From: a virus
Virus record (IMG/VR): IMGVR_UViG_3300028840_002886
Direction: 5' to 3' (one strand)
Length of the DNA stretch: 45,455 bases
The position numbers were made by a program, and so were the translations under genes. Shown piece after piece: positions 33,299-43,252 of the stretch (the first letter of the stretch is position 1; every line of letters starts with the position of its first letter). The notes beneath the pieces are model-generated. The model had not been told where the DNA came from, did no database searches, and saw only the letters and a program-made list of their open reading frames with translations.

Positions 33299-35754
33299 TG
33301 GCAACATTAAAACTTGCTATAGATGCCAGAAATCTGATTCATAATGCTGAAAAAGCTACTACTGCTATTAAGGGTATAAAACGTTCGGCAGAGACTACCT
33401 TTAATGCGGTCAAACGGGCAGCAAACATAGCTCTGGGACCTTTGAAAGCTATGGTTGCAGTTACCGCTTCGCTCAAAGCTGCTATGCTTGCAGCTGGGGC
33501 AGCTTCTATTGGTGCAGCTGCTGATTATGAGGTACTTGAATTAAGATTGAAGAAAGTTATCGGCTCTAAAAAGGAAGCCGATCGTGCTTTTAAAGAAAGC
33601 CTCGAATTTTCAAGTGCAACTCCGTACACAATCGACAAAATCGTAGAATTAAGAATTGCACTTGAACAAATGGGGATTTCAGGTAGCAATGCCGTTACTG
33701 ATGTAGCAGATATGGCAGCTGCAATGGGACGAGATGTTATGGATGTGGTTGCTGCTGTTAGGTCTCTTGAAAGAGAGCCTCTACGGAATTTAGGCCTTAC
33801 AGATGAAATGCTGGATAAAATTACCGCATTAAAATCGAAAGGGACAAAAGAGGCGAGATTAGCGTTATTAGACATTTTTGAAATGTACAAAGGGACTACT
33901 GCTGAATTATCAATAACATGGAGAGGTCTGGTATCTACGATGGGGGATAATGTCAAGAGGCTAAGGGCTGCTTTTGGGAAGGGATTTCTCGATGAAGCTA
34001 AATTATTCGTGAACGATATTATCAACGCCGCTGCACAGTTAAGAGAATACGCCAAAGAAGCTGGTGAAGCTTTTGGTGATGAAATGATGCATGCCAGAGC
34101 TGCGATCTTATCTGGTTTTGATATAGCCCTTAAAATGGCGGGCCAGATAAAGGACGTTATGAAACAGGAAGGTGGAATTGGCCAAGTCGTTCTTGCAGCA
34201 CTTGAGCTTGGAGCTACTTTGCTCGGAAAAGCTATATTTACCGCCTTTGAAATTTCGCTGCCTTTATGGAAAACAATAGGGACTATTCTTGGCCAAGGTG
34301 TTTTGAATGCACTCTATCAATCAGGTTTACCATTTACCGATAGACTGAGAGCACGTGCTATCGGCAAAACATTAGGCAGTAAAGAATATGGCGATTTGGT
34401 TCCTATTGCTGAAAAATTTGGGATAGATCCAAACGAGTACTCTGCTGGTTATAAAGAAATGAAAGGGCCTCTTATAACAGTAACCCCAGTTGTTCGTTAT
34501 GAGAGCAAACAGGAAGCACTTCTTAAAGCAATAACAAAAGAAATCGGAAAGCTATCCATCGAAGAACAGCTTGAATATGCAGAGTTTGACCCAGCTTCAA
34601 CAATCGCTAAAAGTATTCAAGACTCTAAAGACACTCTTGTCAGGGAAGTTAAAGAGCTTGGTACGGAGGCAGTTACAGCTCTTCAAGATTTTGAGAATAA
34701 AATTGCTAATGCAGCTGGTCAAGAGCCTGTCGATGTGTTGGCAGAATTCAATCAGGGTATGGAAAAACATCTCAAAGAGGGTGAAAAACTCATTGAGGAT
34801 TGGCGTAATAAACTTGATGCAAGCGGAGATGACTTAGCTAATAATATGCAAAACCAATTCAATGGTATTGCTGAATCCAGCAAAAAAGCCAGTGAAAATA
34901 TACGACAGGTACTCAGTCCAATAGAATCCCATTTTGAGAGGGCGATATTTGAAGGTGAAAAGCTTAAAGATGTTATAAACAGTTTGGCTACTGATATTCA
35001 ACGCATTATGTTTCGGCAAATGGTTACCGAGCCATTAATGACGAAACTGACGCAATTATTCACACCAACTAAAACTGCTACTCAGCAAACGCAGCAAGCA
35101 GTTGGTGGGGCAGCTACATCTGGTGTTCTTGACAATTTCGCTAACAGAACTGAGCAAACTCTTGACAAACATGCAAGTGCCGTAACGAATTCCACAGATA
35201 AGCTGGCTGGCGGCATATCTAACAGTCTATCAAATTTCGGCGAAGGGCTTGGTGGTTTACTAAGTAATCTCGGAGGCATGTTTGGGAATATCCTTGGTGG
35301 GCTTGGCAATGCCGCTGGTGGATTATTAAGTGGTGTTGGCAATATCATTGGAAATGGTATCAGTGGAATATTAGGTATGATCCCATTTTTTGATAAAGGC
35401 GGTGTTTTTTCTACAGGCAGGCTTGTACCTATGGCTGCTGGTGAGCTTATCAATGGCCCGACTTACTTTCCTATGGCTGGTGGTAAAGTCGGTCTTATGG
35501 GTGAAGCAGGACCAGAGGCTGTTATGCCTCTAACCAGAACCACTACTGGCAAACTTGGAGTTAGAGTAGAAGATAGTAGACAGGATTCAAATATACCACG
35601 TGGCGGTGATGTTCATGTATCCTTTAACGTCAGTGCAATTGATGCAGCCGGCGTGGGGCAGTTTTTCAGCAGAAACAATAAACTGATAGCATCGGCTGTC
35701 AAGAAAGCAATGGAGGAAGGTCACTCAATGCGAAAGTATGATGACTGGGGCTAA
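33298..35754 (+). CDS. Tape measure protein
   Basis: 818 aa, helical, Ala/Gly-rich with GGLLSNLGGMFGNILGGLGNAAGG repeats. Positioned after G/GT. Confidence 0.9.
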   Translation: MATLKLAIDARNLIHNAEKATTAIKGIKRSAETTFNAVKRAANIALGPLKAMVAVTASLKAAMLAAGAASIGAAADYEVLELRLKKVIGSKKEADRAFKESLEFSSATPYTIDKIVELRIALEQMGISGSNAVTDVADMAAAMGRDVMDVVAAVRSLEREPLRNLGLTDEMLDKITALKSKGTKEARLALLDIFEMYKGTTAELSITWRGLVSTMGDNVKRLRAAFGKGFLDEAKLFVNDIINAAAQLREYAKEAGEAFGDEMMHARAAILSGFDIALKMAGQIKDVMKQEGGIGQVVLAALELGATLLGKAIFTAFEISLPLWKTIGTILGQGVLNALYQSGLPFTDRLRARAIGKTLGSKEYGDLVPIAEKFGIDPNEYSAGYKEMKGPLITVTPVVRYESKQEALLKAITKEIGKLSIEEQLEYAEFDPASTIAKSIQDSKDTLVREVKELGTEAVTALQDFENKIANAAGQEPVDVLAEFNQGMEKHLKEGEKLIEDWRNKLDASGDDLANNMQNQFNGIAESSKKASENIRQVLSPIESHFERAIFEGEKLKDVINSLATDIQRIMFRQMVTEPLMTKLTQLFTPTKTATQQTQQAVGGAATSGVLDNFANRTEQTLDKHASAVTNSTDKLAGGISNSLSNFGEGLGGLLSNLGGMFGNILGGLGNAAGGLLSGVGNIIGNGISGILGMIPFFDKGGVFSTGRLVPMAAGELINGPTYFPMAGGKVGLMGEAGPEAVMPLTRTTTGKLGVRVEDSRQDSNIPRGGDVHVSFNVSAIDAAGVGQFFSRNNKLIASAVKKAMEEGHSMRKYDDWG

Positions 35755-35757
35755 CAA

Positions 35758-36408
35758 ATGGAAGTTATAAATGAATATTTGACAAATGGGTTTTCTTATC
35801 CGCTTGAACATTGGCAACAATGGGCTACTGAAATTGTGACTAAAGACAATGGTTTTGAACAGCGTAATCAACTATGGTCATCACCAGTTCGTCATTGGGT
35901 TATTAACCTACTCTTGATGGAAAATTCCGATAGGCAAGAAATTCTTCAACTATTCGGCCGTGCTGCGGGCAAATATAGGATATTTTTATTGGAACATAAT
36001 TTTGGAAATTCTCAAGACAATCTCTGCGAGCTAACCGACTGGTCTTATACTGCTGTCGGCGGTGAAACAACGACTCAACTCCAAAAAACATATTCCAAAG
36101 GTGAAACTGAAGAATGGACAGAGAATAAAACACGAATCGTGCCAGGTACTATCTATGCACCAACTATAAAAATTGACGGTGCTACCAAAACTGAAGACAC
36201 GCATTTTACCCTTGATGATGATATGGGGATTATTGACTGGACTGGTGGTAGCTCTCCAGTTGGCTCGCTTGGAGCAGGCAAGATAGTGACAGCTGATTAT
36301 AAGTTTTATTATCCTGTTCGGTTCAATGAGGACATCTATAAGGACAGTATGGATTTTTATAATTTGTGGAATCTACGAAGCCTTGAATTGATTCAGGTGA
36401 AAGAATGA
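35758..36408 (+). CDS. Distal tail protein (DUF2460, RcGTA g12-like)
   Basis: ...GFEQRNQLWSSPVRHWVI...QEILQLFGRAAGKYRIFLLEH. Confidence 0.7.
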   Translation: MEVINEYLTNGFSYPLEHWQQWATEIVTKDNGFEQRNQLWSSPVRHWVINLLLMENSDRQEILQLFGRAAGKYRIFLLEHNFGNSQDNLCELTDWSYTAVGGETTTQLQKTYSKGETEEWTENKTRIVPGTIYAPTIKIDGATKTEDTHFTLDDDMGIIDWTGGSSPVGSLGAGKIVTADYKFYYPVRFNEDIYKDSMDFYNLWNLRSLELIQVKE

Positions 36409-37469
36409 GAGACTTAGACCCAAGTTTTATAGCAGCTATTGCCTCTGGCAGTGTTAAGATAACTGAGTTGTTTACTATCGAGCTTGCCACTGGTGATATA
36501 TACCGATATACCACGCATGACCAGAATCTTACATGGGACGCTGCCAGTAATACCTATTACAGTACATGGCCTATCAGCAGGGACGCTGCACAGTTAGGCA
36601 TTGATTCAGGGGCTGATTCAGTACAAATTGCTTTAGCTAATATCATTGGTGACTTGGCTACCAAAATTAAGAAGAACATGCTTGACGGTGCTACGCTGAC
36701 AATTAAACGAATTCGATGGAACGATACTTATGCAGCAGATAAAGAAATTACCATCTTTGTAGGTTCAATCAGTGTAACTTATGACCGCAAAGAAGCAACA
36801 TTCGAAGTAATACCACAAGAGGAATCGCTTGCGATAAAATTTCCACCGCATACATATCAGGAGCCCTGTAATCATACCCTGTTTGATGAACGGTGTGAGT
36901 TGACGAAATCAGATTATGAATACAGCGGGACAGCTACAGGTGGAAGTGCAACAACATTGATAGATACGACAAGAGGTTCAGTTTACAAGGTAGATTTTGA
37001 CGGTGGTGATTCAAGCAATCCTATTGAAATAGGTGACTCTATCGAGGGACAGACAGGACTTGGAACGGCTAAAATAGTTAATATCGTTTACCTGACTGCG
37101 ACTACAGGGACGATATGGTATGTCGAGCAGTCGGGAGCTCAATTTATCGATGATGAAGAAATTCAGAATGCCGGAGCTGATTCGATAATAGTCAACGGCA
37201 TGCCTGCTGCTGATACTGCGTTGTATCAAAAAGGTGAGCTGGAAATGACAAGTGGCGATAATGCTGGCCTCAAGGTTGAGGTACTTTCAGATTCAGCCAA
37301 TACGATAACTATATTCGGCTCGTTTCCTTATGCTGTAGAATCAGGTGATACTTATAAGCTTTATCCCGGATGCGATTACAAGGCTGAAACTTGTGACAAT
37401 ACATTTAATAATTCTGATAACTTTTCGGGCTTTCTGCATACACCGCAATATGAAGAAACGGCAATGTGA
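36405..37469 (+). CDS. Tail hub protein (DUF2163 plus BR0599 C-terminal domain, RcGTA g13-like)
   Basis: N-terminus ...ITELFTIELATGDIYRYT. C-terminus YPGCDYKAETCDNTFNNSDNFSGFLHTP. Confidence 0.75.
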   Translation: MRDLDPSFIAAIASGSVKITELFTIELATGDIYRYTTHDQNLTWDAASNTYYSTWPISRDAAQLGIDSGADSVQIALANIIGDLATKIKKNMLDGATLTIKRIRWNDTYAADKEITIFVGSISVTYDRKEATFEVIPQEESLAIKFPPHTYQEPCNHTLFDERCELTKSDYEYSGTATGGSATTLIDTTRGSVYKVDFDGGDSSNPIEIGDSIEGQTGLGTAKIVNIVYLTATTGTIWYVEQSGAQFIDDEEIQNAGADSIIVNGMPAADTALYQKGELEMTSGDNAGLKVEVLSDSANTITIFGSFPYAVESGDTYKLYPGCDYKAETCDNTFNNSDNFSGFLHTPQYEETAM

Positions 37470-37470
37470 T

Positions 37471-37914
37471 ATGACGCTTAACGAAAAAATAGTTGAAGAA
37501 TCCAAGCGATGGCTGGGCGTGCCATATCAGCATCGCAGCAAAAGCAAATTCGGCTGTGACTGTACTGGTTTGATTATCGGGGTCATGCAGGCTTTAGGCT
37601 ACATGAAAAGTTACAAGATGCGACTGTATCCTAAAGACTGGAACATGCATGGCATGGCTGATAATCACATCGAGGAAGAAATCTCAAGGGTAGCTGATAA
37701 AATCACCGGCCCTGCCATGGCTGGTGATATTGTTTTGTTTCAATATGAAGAACAAGAATATCCGGCTCATATCGGAATAGTTCTCGAAAATCAAATGTTT
37801 ATTCACTGCTGGAAAAAATCCGGCCATGTGCAGATAAGTTCATTTCGGCCTTGGGCAAAAAAAAGTAAAGCTGTTTACAGATTCAATGAACAAAAGTTGA
37901 GGTGTTATGAGTAG
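37471..37914 (+). CDS. NlpC/P60 cell-wall peptidase (RcGTA g14-like, tail-associated)
   Basis: ATG 37471. WLGVPYQHRSKSKFGCDCTGL (catalytic Cys) ... AHIGIVL (His). Confidence 0.8.
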   Translation: MTLNEKIVEESKRWLGVPYQHRSKSKFGCDCTGLIIGVMQALGYMKSYKMRLYPKDWNMHGMADNHIEEEISRVADKITGPAMAGDIVLFQYEEQEYPAHIGIVLENQMFIHCWKKSGHVQISSFRPWAKKSKAVYRFNEQKLRCYE

Positions 37915-40900
37915 CTGGGGCAGATTAGCTGTATCAATAGGTGGAGCGTTAATTGGCAATGCCATACTGCCCGGTATTGGCGGGGCAATTGGTTTCATGG
38001 GTGGTTCGATTCTTGGTAATATGATTTTCCCCCAGAAGTCGAAAGTCGAAATGCCAGAGCTTGCCAAGTATCCTGTGCAAACCGCACAGAAAGGAACACC
38101 TATATCGTATATAAGGGGTACTATACGAACTGCAGGTAACATTATCTATGCTGCCGATGCAGTGCCTTATGTCGTAGCACATTCGTCTGGTGGAGGTGGT
38201 GGTAAGGGCGGTGGAGGCGGTGAATCAAAAACTTATGAAACTCGTTATCGCAGGTCTTTTCTAATTTGCGTCTGCGAAGGACCAGCTAATATCCGCAGGG
38301 CATGGGCGGGTAAAACTGAAATAAGCCTAACTGATTTTACATGGTTTGACGGCAACGACAATTCAGGAATAAGCACTATCATCGGCAAGGATTATGCTGA
38401 GTACAAAAACTATGCCTGTGCATGGTTCGATAATTACGAACTCGGCAATACAGAGCAAATACCAAACTTTGTTTTTGAGTTAAGCAGCGGTGAGGTAGAC
38501 AGTGATTATCTGTACATACCCAGCAATGGCAGTTTAGTTGTAAAGGATAGGGATGGTTCGACCATACGAACTCATACTTTGCCTAATACTGGCTGCCAAT
38601 CCTGCGATGTTGCAAGAGATGGCAGATATGCCTGTGTTTTCACCTTTGGGGGTGGAGATTCAACTTGCGTTAAGATTTATAATTATGACGGGACTGATAC
38701 CGAAGTAGTATGCGATATAGCCCCGCTTTTGGCTTTGGATACAAGTACTTGGTATGTTCATAGCTGTCAATTTTCAAAAGACGGCAATTATATCTATGCA
38801 AATGTGTTATGTTCATATCCAAATAATCTGAGATACTATGTCAAATGGAACTCTCACACCGGCGAGCTGGTTGATATGGAGCTTTTATCCGGGGCTAATG
38901 CACCTTACTCTTATCATGAGTATATCGTCAACGATAATGAGGAGTTCACAATTCAGGAAGCTGTAGCGATGAATGCTTGGCATGTTCCTCCTGAACTACA
39001 AACCTCTAAAACTTGGGGAGTAGAGAATTTCGATGGTGACCGTTTAGGTTATGTGGGTGGTACTGGATTTTCTGGCGATCCTGAAACAGAATATTTTCAA
39101 GGAATAGACAACTCATGTTATGCAGGTGAGATAGGATGTTTTGCTGCCATAAACAGAACATGGCCTTCGGCCAGCGGTTGTACTATTTCTGTTTTTAATC
39201 TGAGTACGGAAGCGTGGGCAGGTGTAAAATGGGATTCGGACACCAGCAAAAAGGCTTATGCAATCTGTACTGATGGCACGTATCTGTATGTCGCTGGCGA
39301 TACTCGCTCAGATGGAACTAACATATCAAAGTATTCAGTTGCCATCACAAGTGGAATACTTGGTGCTGAGTTAGAAGTAACCGAAGTAGCTCGGGGTGAT
39401 GCCAGGCATGAATCTTGGGTATATCCTGATTCCCAAATGAGCACCATAATGATAGCGGGGAGCGTTTTGCTTGTTTGCTACGCAAGTAATAAAGCAGGTA
39501 ATGTTAGAGAACACTGGCTAAGCGATTTGACTCAAAAAAGAACAGTTACTACAGGCACCGCATTTCCGATTAGCTATTGGGCTGAATTGCCATGTAGAGC
39601 AGCAGCTGTACCCATATCATATTTCATATCGCCTGCCTACGATATGTATCCACCTGACATCGTAAAAACCGTTATGGAAAGACTCGGTAAGGATAGCATT
39701 CTTAACGAGGACAAATATAACTCGGTTCTCAATTATTGTATCGAGCAAGATATAAAATTAAGTATCAACTTTAGTCAGCAGAAATCTTGGCTTGACTGTG
39801 TGGACTATGTCAACTCTCATTTCGCAGGTTTTCGATGGACGGATGCTGGCAGTCTCAAACTTGGCGTATTCAGAGATGAAGATGTTGTTGAAATCAATGG
39901 CACTCCTGTCAATCTAACAACAGACGATTTTGCTGTTGGCGATGAAGAAAATCCGGCACCGCCGTTAAAGGTTCAGGTGAGAAAATATGCCGATACATAT
40001 AATCGCATTGAGGTTACATGGACAGACAGGGATAATAATTATGATTGTGCCGTAGCAGTTGCCAAGGCCGAAGCTGACATTAGAAGAACAGGTGAACGAA
40101 AAAAGACGGTCAATCTTGAAGGTATAACCAATGCCGACCTTGCTCAGAAGATGGCTTACAGACTGCTAATCGATTCACTATATCGCAAACGCACTTTCAG
40201 TTTTGCCTTGAGCTACGAATACATGCCGCTTGAGCGTGGCGATGTTGTAACACTCACCGATGAGGATTTGGGACTTGATAGCCAGAAAGTTCGCATCACA
40301 TCTATCAATGACCATCCAAATGGACGCTGGCTGGATATTGAGGCAGTCGAGGATGGCAGCGAATTATACCCTGATATAACATGGAGCACACAGCAAACTA
40401 CTCATACACAAAGCGAAGCTCCAACTTTAGCGAATTCTCAAATTGCATTCCGTGAGGATGTAAACGAATCAAGGTTGTATCTATCAATCACACCCGGTAA
40501 TCAATATGTCAATGGCTGGGATATTTACAGAAGTTATGATGGTAGCAGCTATGACCTTGTTGGCAGATGTGGCATTGACGGGATTACAGGTGGTGATGCT
40601 AATTCAGCGGGAACGTTACAGAGCAATTTACCAGCCCATACGGCAGTTACTCATTCAGCTGGCGAATCTTTCCTTGTTGATATTGATACGGTAACTGATT
40701 TGGATACAGCTATCACAGACCAGCAGTTTTTCAACAATCTCAAACTGGCTAAAATCGGCGATGAGATAATAGCATACAAAACCTGTGAAGAAACCTCTAC
40801 AGAGGGCGTGTGGCGAATTACAGGGCTTATTAGAGGGCTATTCGGTACCGATCCGGTTGCACATGCAAGTGGAGAAACATTCGTTACACTCGACAACAAT

Positions 40901-41476
40901 TTTACCTATGTTTACAGGCCGGAAGATATTGGCAAAACACTATATTTCAAAGCAGTTGCTTTCTATGGCGGCCAGATTCAGAACATAAGCAGCGTAACTA
41001 CCTATTCGCATTTAATCGAAGGTTGGTATCAAAGACCGATGGGAGTCTCACTGCTTAGATTAACGAGTGGCGAAAATGATTATGGCCGAGAAATTACTAC
41101 TTACAACGGTTCGAGTTTTATGCTGTATTGGAATCTGCCAGGACAGAAAGGCTCCGGTGCTAATCAAGGTGGAGCTGACCTTAATGAAGATTATCCGGAA
41201 TGGCGATACGGTGATGATGAAGCTGAGCTTGTCGGTGGTAATGGTGTGCCTGCAGGTAACTGGCTGGCTGATAGTGAGCTGCAAGCTATAGATTTGGTTT
41301 TTGAAAAGACGGACGGTACACATATAGGTCAACGGAGCATTGCAGCAACCGCACAATTAGCAACTATTGACAAAGCAACTGACTTGGCCGGTGAAACATC
41401 AGCTGTGATAAAAGTATTACCAAGACGCACTTTAAGGACATGGAGCGAGCATCAAATAACAGTAACTAATAATTAA
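37907..41476 (+). CDS. Host-specificity / central tail fibre protein (RcGTA g15 / gpJ-like) with an inserted repeat domain
   Basis: 1189 aa. Gly-zipper N-terminus, GGGGGKGGGGGESKTYETRYRRSFLICVCEGP pattern, conserved tail_3-like middle and C-terminus. Confidence 0.85.
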   Translation: MSSWGRLAVSIGGALIGNAILPGIGGAIGFMGGSILGNMIFPQKSKVEMPELAKYPVQTAQKGTPISYIRGTIRTAGNIIYAADAVPYVVAHSSGGGGGKGGGGGESKTYETRYRRSFLICVCEGPANIRRAWAGKTEISLTDFTWFDGNDNSGISTIIGKDYAEYKNYACAWFDNYELGNTEQIPNFVFELSSGEVDSDYLYIPSNGSLVVKDRDGSTIRTHTLPNTGCQSCDVARDGRYACVFTFGGGDSTCVKIYNYDGTDTEVVCDIAPLLALDTSTWYVHSCQFSKDGNYIYANVLCSYPNNLRYYVKWNSHTGELVDMELLSGANAPYSYHEYIVNDNEEFTIQEAVAMNAWHVPPELQTSKTWGVENFDGDRLGYVGGTGFSGDPETEYFQGIDNSCYAGEIGCFAAINRTWPSASGCTISVFNLSTEAWAGVKWDSDTSKKAYAICTDGTYLYVAGDTRSDGTNISKYSVAITSGILGAELEVTEVARGDARHESWVYPDSQMSTIMIAGSVLLVCYASNKAGNVREHWLSDLTQKRTVTTGTAFPISYWAELPCRAAAVPISYFISPAYDMYPPDIVKTVMERLGKDSILNEDKYNSVLNYCIEQDIKLSINFSQQKSWLDCVDYVNSHFAGFRWTDAGSLKLGVFRDEDVVEINGTPVNLTTDDFAVGDEENPAPPLKVQVRKYADTYNRIEVTWTDRDNNYDCAVAVAKAEADIRRTGERKKTVNLEGITNADLAQKMAYRLLIDSLYRKRTFSFALSYEYMPLERGDVVTLTDEDLGLDSQKVRITSINDHPNGRWLDIEAVEDGSELYPDITWSTQQTTHTQSEAPTLANSQIAFREDVNESRLYLSITPGNQYVNGWDIYRSYDGSSYDLVGRCGIDGITGGDANSAGTLQSNLPAHTAVTHSAGESFLVDIDTVTDLDTAITDQQFFNNLKLAKIGDEIIAYKTCEETSTEGVWRITGLIRGLFGTDPVAHASGETFVTLDNNFTYVYRPEDIGKTLYFKAVAFYGGQIQNISSVTTYSHLIEGWYQRPMGVSLLRLTSGENDYGREITTYNGSSFMLYWNLPGQKGSGANQGGADLNEDYPEWRYGDDEAELVGGNGVPAGNWLADSELQAIDLVFEKTDGTHIGQRSIAATAQLATIDKATDLAGETSAVIKVLPRRTLRTWSEHQITVTNN

Positions 41477-41489
41477 AGGAACAGCAATT

Positions 41490-41723
41490 ATGACTGTAAG
41501 TTATACGACTAATTTTAATTTCCCCAAAGCAGATGACGGTTGTGAAAACTGGATGGCTATCTGGAATGGCATAGCAGATGATATTGACCGATTACTGGCC
41601 GAAGCTCGTGACCCCTTAATCTGGGACGATGATGGCGGTGATTATCTATTGGATGGTTTATCAGTGAATAAAACGACAACGGAAGTTTTAACTTATAATG
41701 GTGAAGTTCTACTTTATGCTTAA
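41490..41723 (+). CDS. Short tail-fibre-N-terminus-like protein
   Basis: MTVSYTTNFNFPKADDGCENW...IADDIDRL resembles the conserved N-terminal motif of many fibre proteins. Only 77 aa. Confidence 0.45.
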   Translation: MTVSYTTNFNFPKADDGCENWMAIWNGIADDIDRLLAEARDPLIWDDDGGDYLLDGLSVNKTTTEVLTYNGEVLLYA

Positions 41724-41737
41724 AGGAGTATGAAAAA

Positions 41738-42139
41738 ATGGCAAGAGCAAAAGAAAAAACATTATCAATGCTTGCAAGTGTTGAAAACTGCGACCTTAAT
41801 GCAGCGGCTGATACAGAAGGTGTATTATACGCTACACCAACCGGCAAGAAGATGGAACCTGCTATGGTTATTTTGCATTCTTTCTCTGCTGGATGTAGTG
41901 CAGCGGTAATAACATTCGGAAAAAGCGGCGGTTCCTGCGATGAATTTTTGGGTAACCAAACATTAACAAATATCTCTGCTGCCGGTGATTTTTGCACCTG
42001 TATGCCAATACCAAGTGCTACGCCTGCCAAGGGTGTGACCTTTGATGCGGGCGATGAATTTGCATACGAAATAACCACTGCAGAGGGTTCAGCCCTTACA
42101 TGCACAATGGAATTGATTGGCAAAGAGCGTGATGCTTAA
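41738..42139 (+). CDS. Hypothetical protein
   Basis: 133-aa ORF, the last + strand gene. Confidence 0.45.
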   Translation: MARAKEKTLSMLASVENCDLNAAADTEGVLYATPTGKKMEPAMVILHSFSAGCSAAVITFGKSGGSCDEFLGNQTLTNISAAGDFCTCMPIPSATPAKGVTFDAGDEFAYEITTAEGSALTCTMELIGKERDA

Positions 42140-42170
42140 CCAAGGTTAATAACTTAGCTTGATATATAGA

Positions 42171-43239
42171 GAGCCTGTCCGATAAAGAGACGTAATTCAT
42201 GCGGCTAATGCCTTTAATTGACGGTTATAGTAGCCTTTCAGACGGTTGGCGATCAGAGCCAGGCTGTAAAATATCAGCTTGCCCATACACCATCGCTGCA
42301 CACAACGCCGACCTGAAATATACCTGGGAATTTTTTCCATACCAAAGGAGTCTTTCAATTGACCGTTGACTTGTTCTACAATGGTGCGTCGGCCAAAGAT
42401 GGAGGTGCCGAGTTTAGTTTGCGCAAAGGCGACAGCCTTTGTACGATTGTTTTACCCGTTTTTTCTTCTTCCTGCGTCCTGGGCAAACCAGCAGAGCATG
42501 CAGTTTTTTCGACGCGGTTCGATAATTCTTCTCCGCATCGAAGCCTTTATCCGCCGGAATATAATCACACGAACGAGATGTTTCTTTCAAACGCTGTGCC
42601 GATTCAGTCAACAACGGCACACTGACATGACTTTCGACGAGGTTAGCCGGGACCAGTCTAAAGGCCAGCGGGATGCCGCTTTGGGTTACCACCAAACCCA
42701 GCTTATAACCCCAGAAAACCTCGTTTGCGGCCCGATAGCCCCATGCCGCTCCGGGATCACTTGCAGAAGCGTTCAACGCTGTCAGGTCTATAGCCATTAT
42801 GTGGGTTTCTTCCTGCCCAGACAAGCCCAACGCATAACGCGTGCTTTCATGAAAAAACTCACACAGGCGATACCGCAGACTTCGCTGCCGCAGCCGATGA
42901 TAAACCGTACTGCGAGATGGCAGACGGTTGGGCAGGTGATAGCGACGACGCAAAAGATTTTTTTCCCGCCGCAGTTTGGCATACAATACGTTAACCGTCC
43001 AGCCTTCCAATGCACAAATCAGCCAGAGTTTGATGATCAACCAGTCACTGTACACAGAATCCGGCTCACATTCCGCCCTTTTTCCTTCTCGATTTTTGAG
43101 TCTACGCAACATTTTGTCGATAATAACTATCAGTTCGTACATGGCCGAAATCCTCCAATAAAAACCTTGTTCTTTGGAGGTCTTCGGCCGTTTTTATGCT
43201 ATTATATGCAATTTTCACCGTTTCTCATCGGACAGGCTC
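42171..43239 (-). mobile_element. 1069-bp insertion sequence (IS4/IS5-superfamily DDE transposase) with 7-bp target duplication
   Basis: Terminal inverted repeat GAGCCTGTCCGAT at 42171-42183 and, reversed, at 43227-43239. ATATAGA flanks both ends (42164-42170 and 43240-43246). Confidence 0.85.
42197..43142 (-). pseudogene. DDE transposase split across two reading frames
   Basis: Frame A (43142-42414) has ...MAIDLTAL...GYKLGLVV...ADKGFD. The C-terminal ...FGRRTIVEQVNGQLKDSFG... continues in the +1 frame to the stop at 42197-42199. The frames overlap only within about 42414-42452. Confidence 0.65.
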
Positions 43240-43252
43240 ATATAGATAAGAA

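Noticed and set aside
38186-38222. GGT/GGC-rich run, looked at as a possible tandem repeat
   Set aside because: It is the coding sequence for the poly-Gly/Lys stretch (GGGGGKGGGGG) typical of this tail-protein family, not a non-coding repeat array.
41557-42123. 188-aa minus-strand ORF
   Set aside because: It is antisense to two co-oriented + strand ORFs that have RBS-like sequences. The same reasoning applies to other long antisense ORFs (17788-18267, 21245-21673, 33525-34055, 35082-35453).
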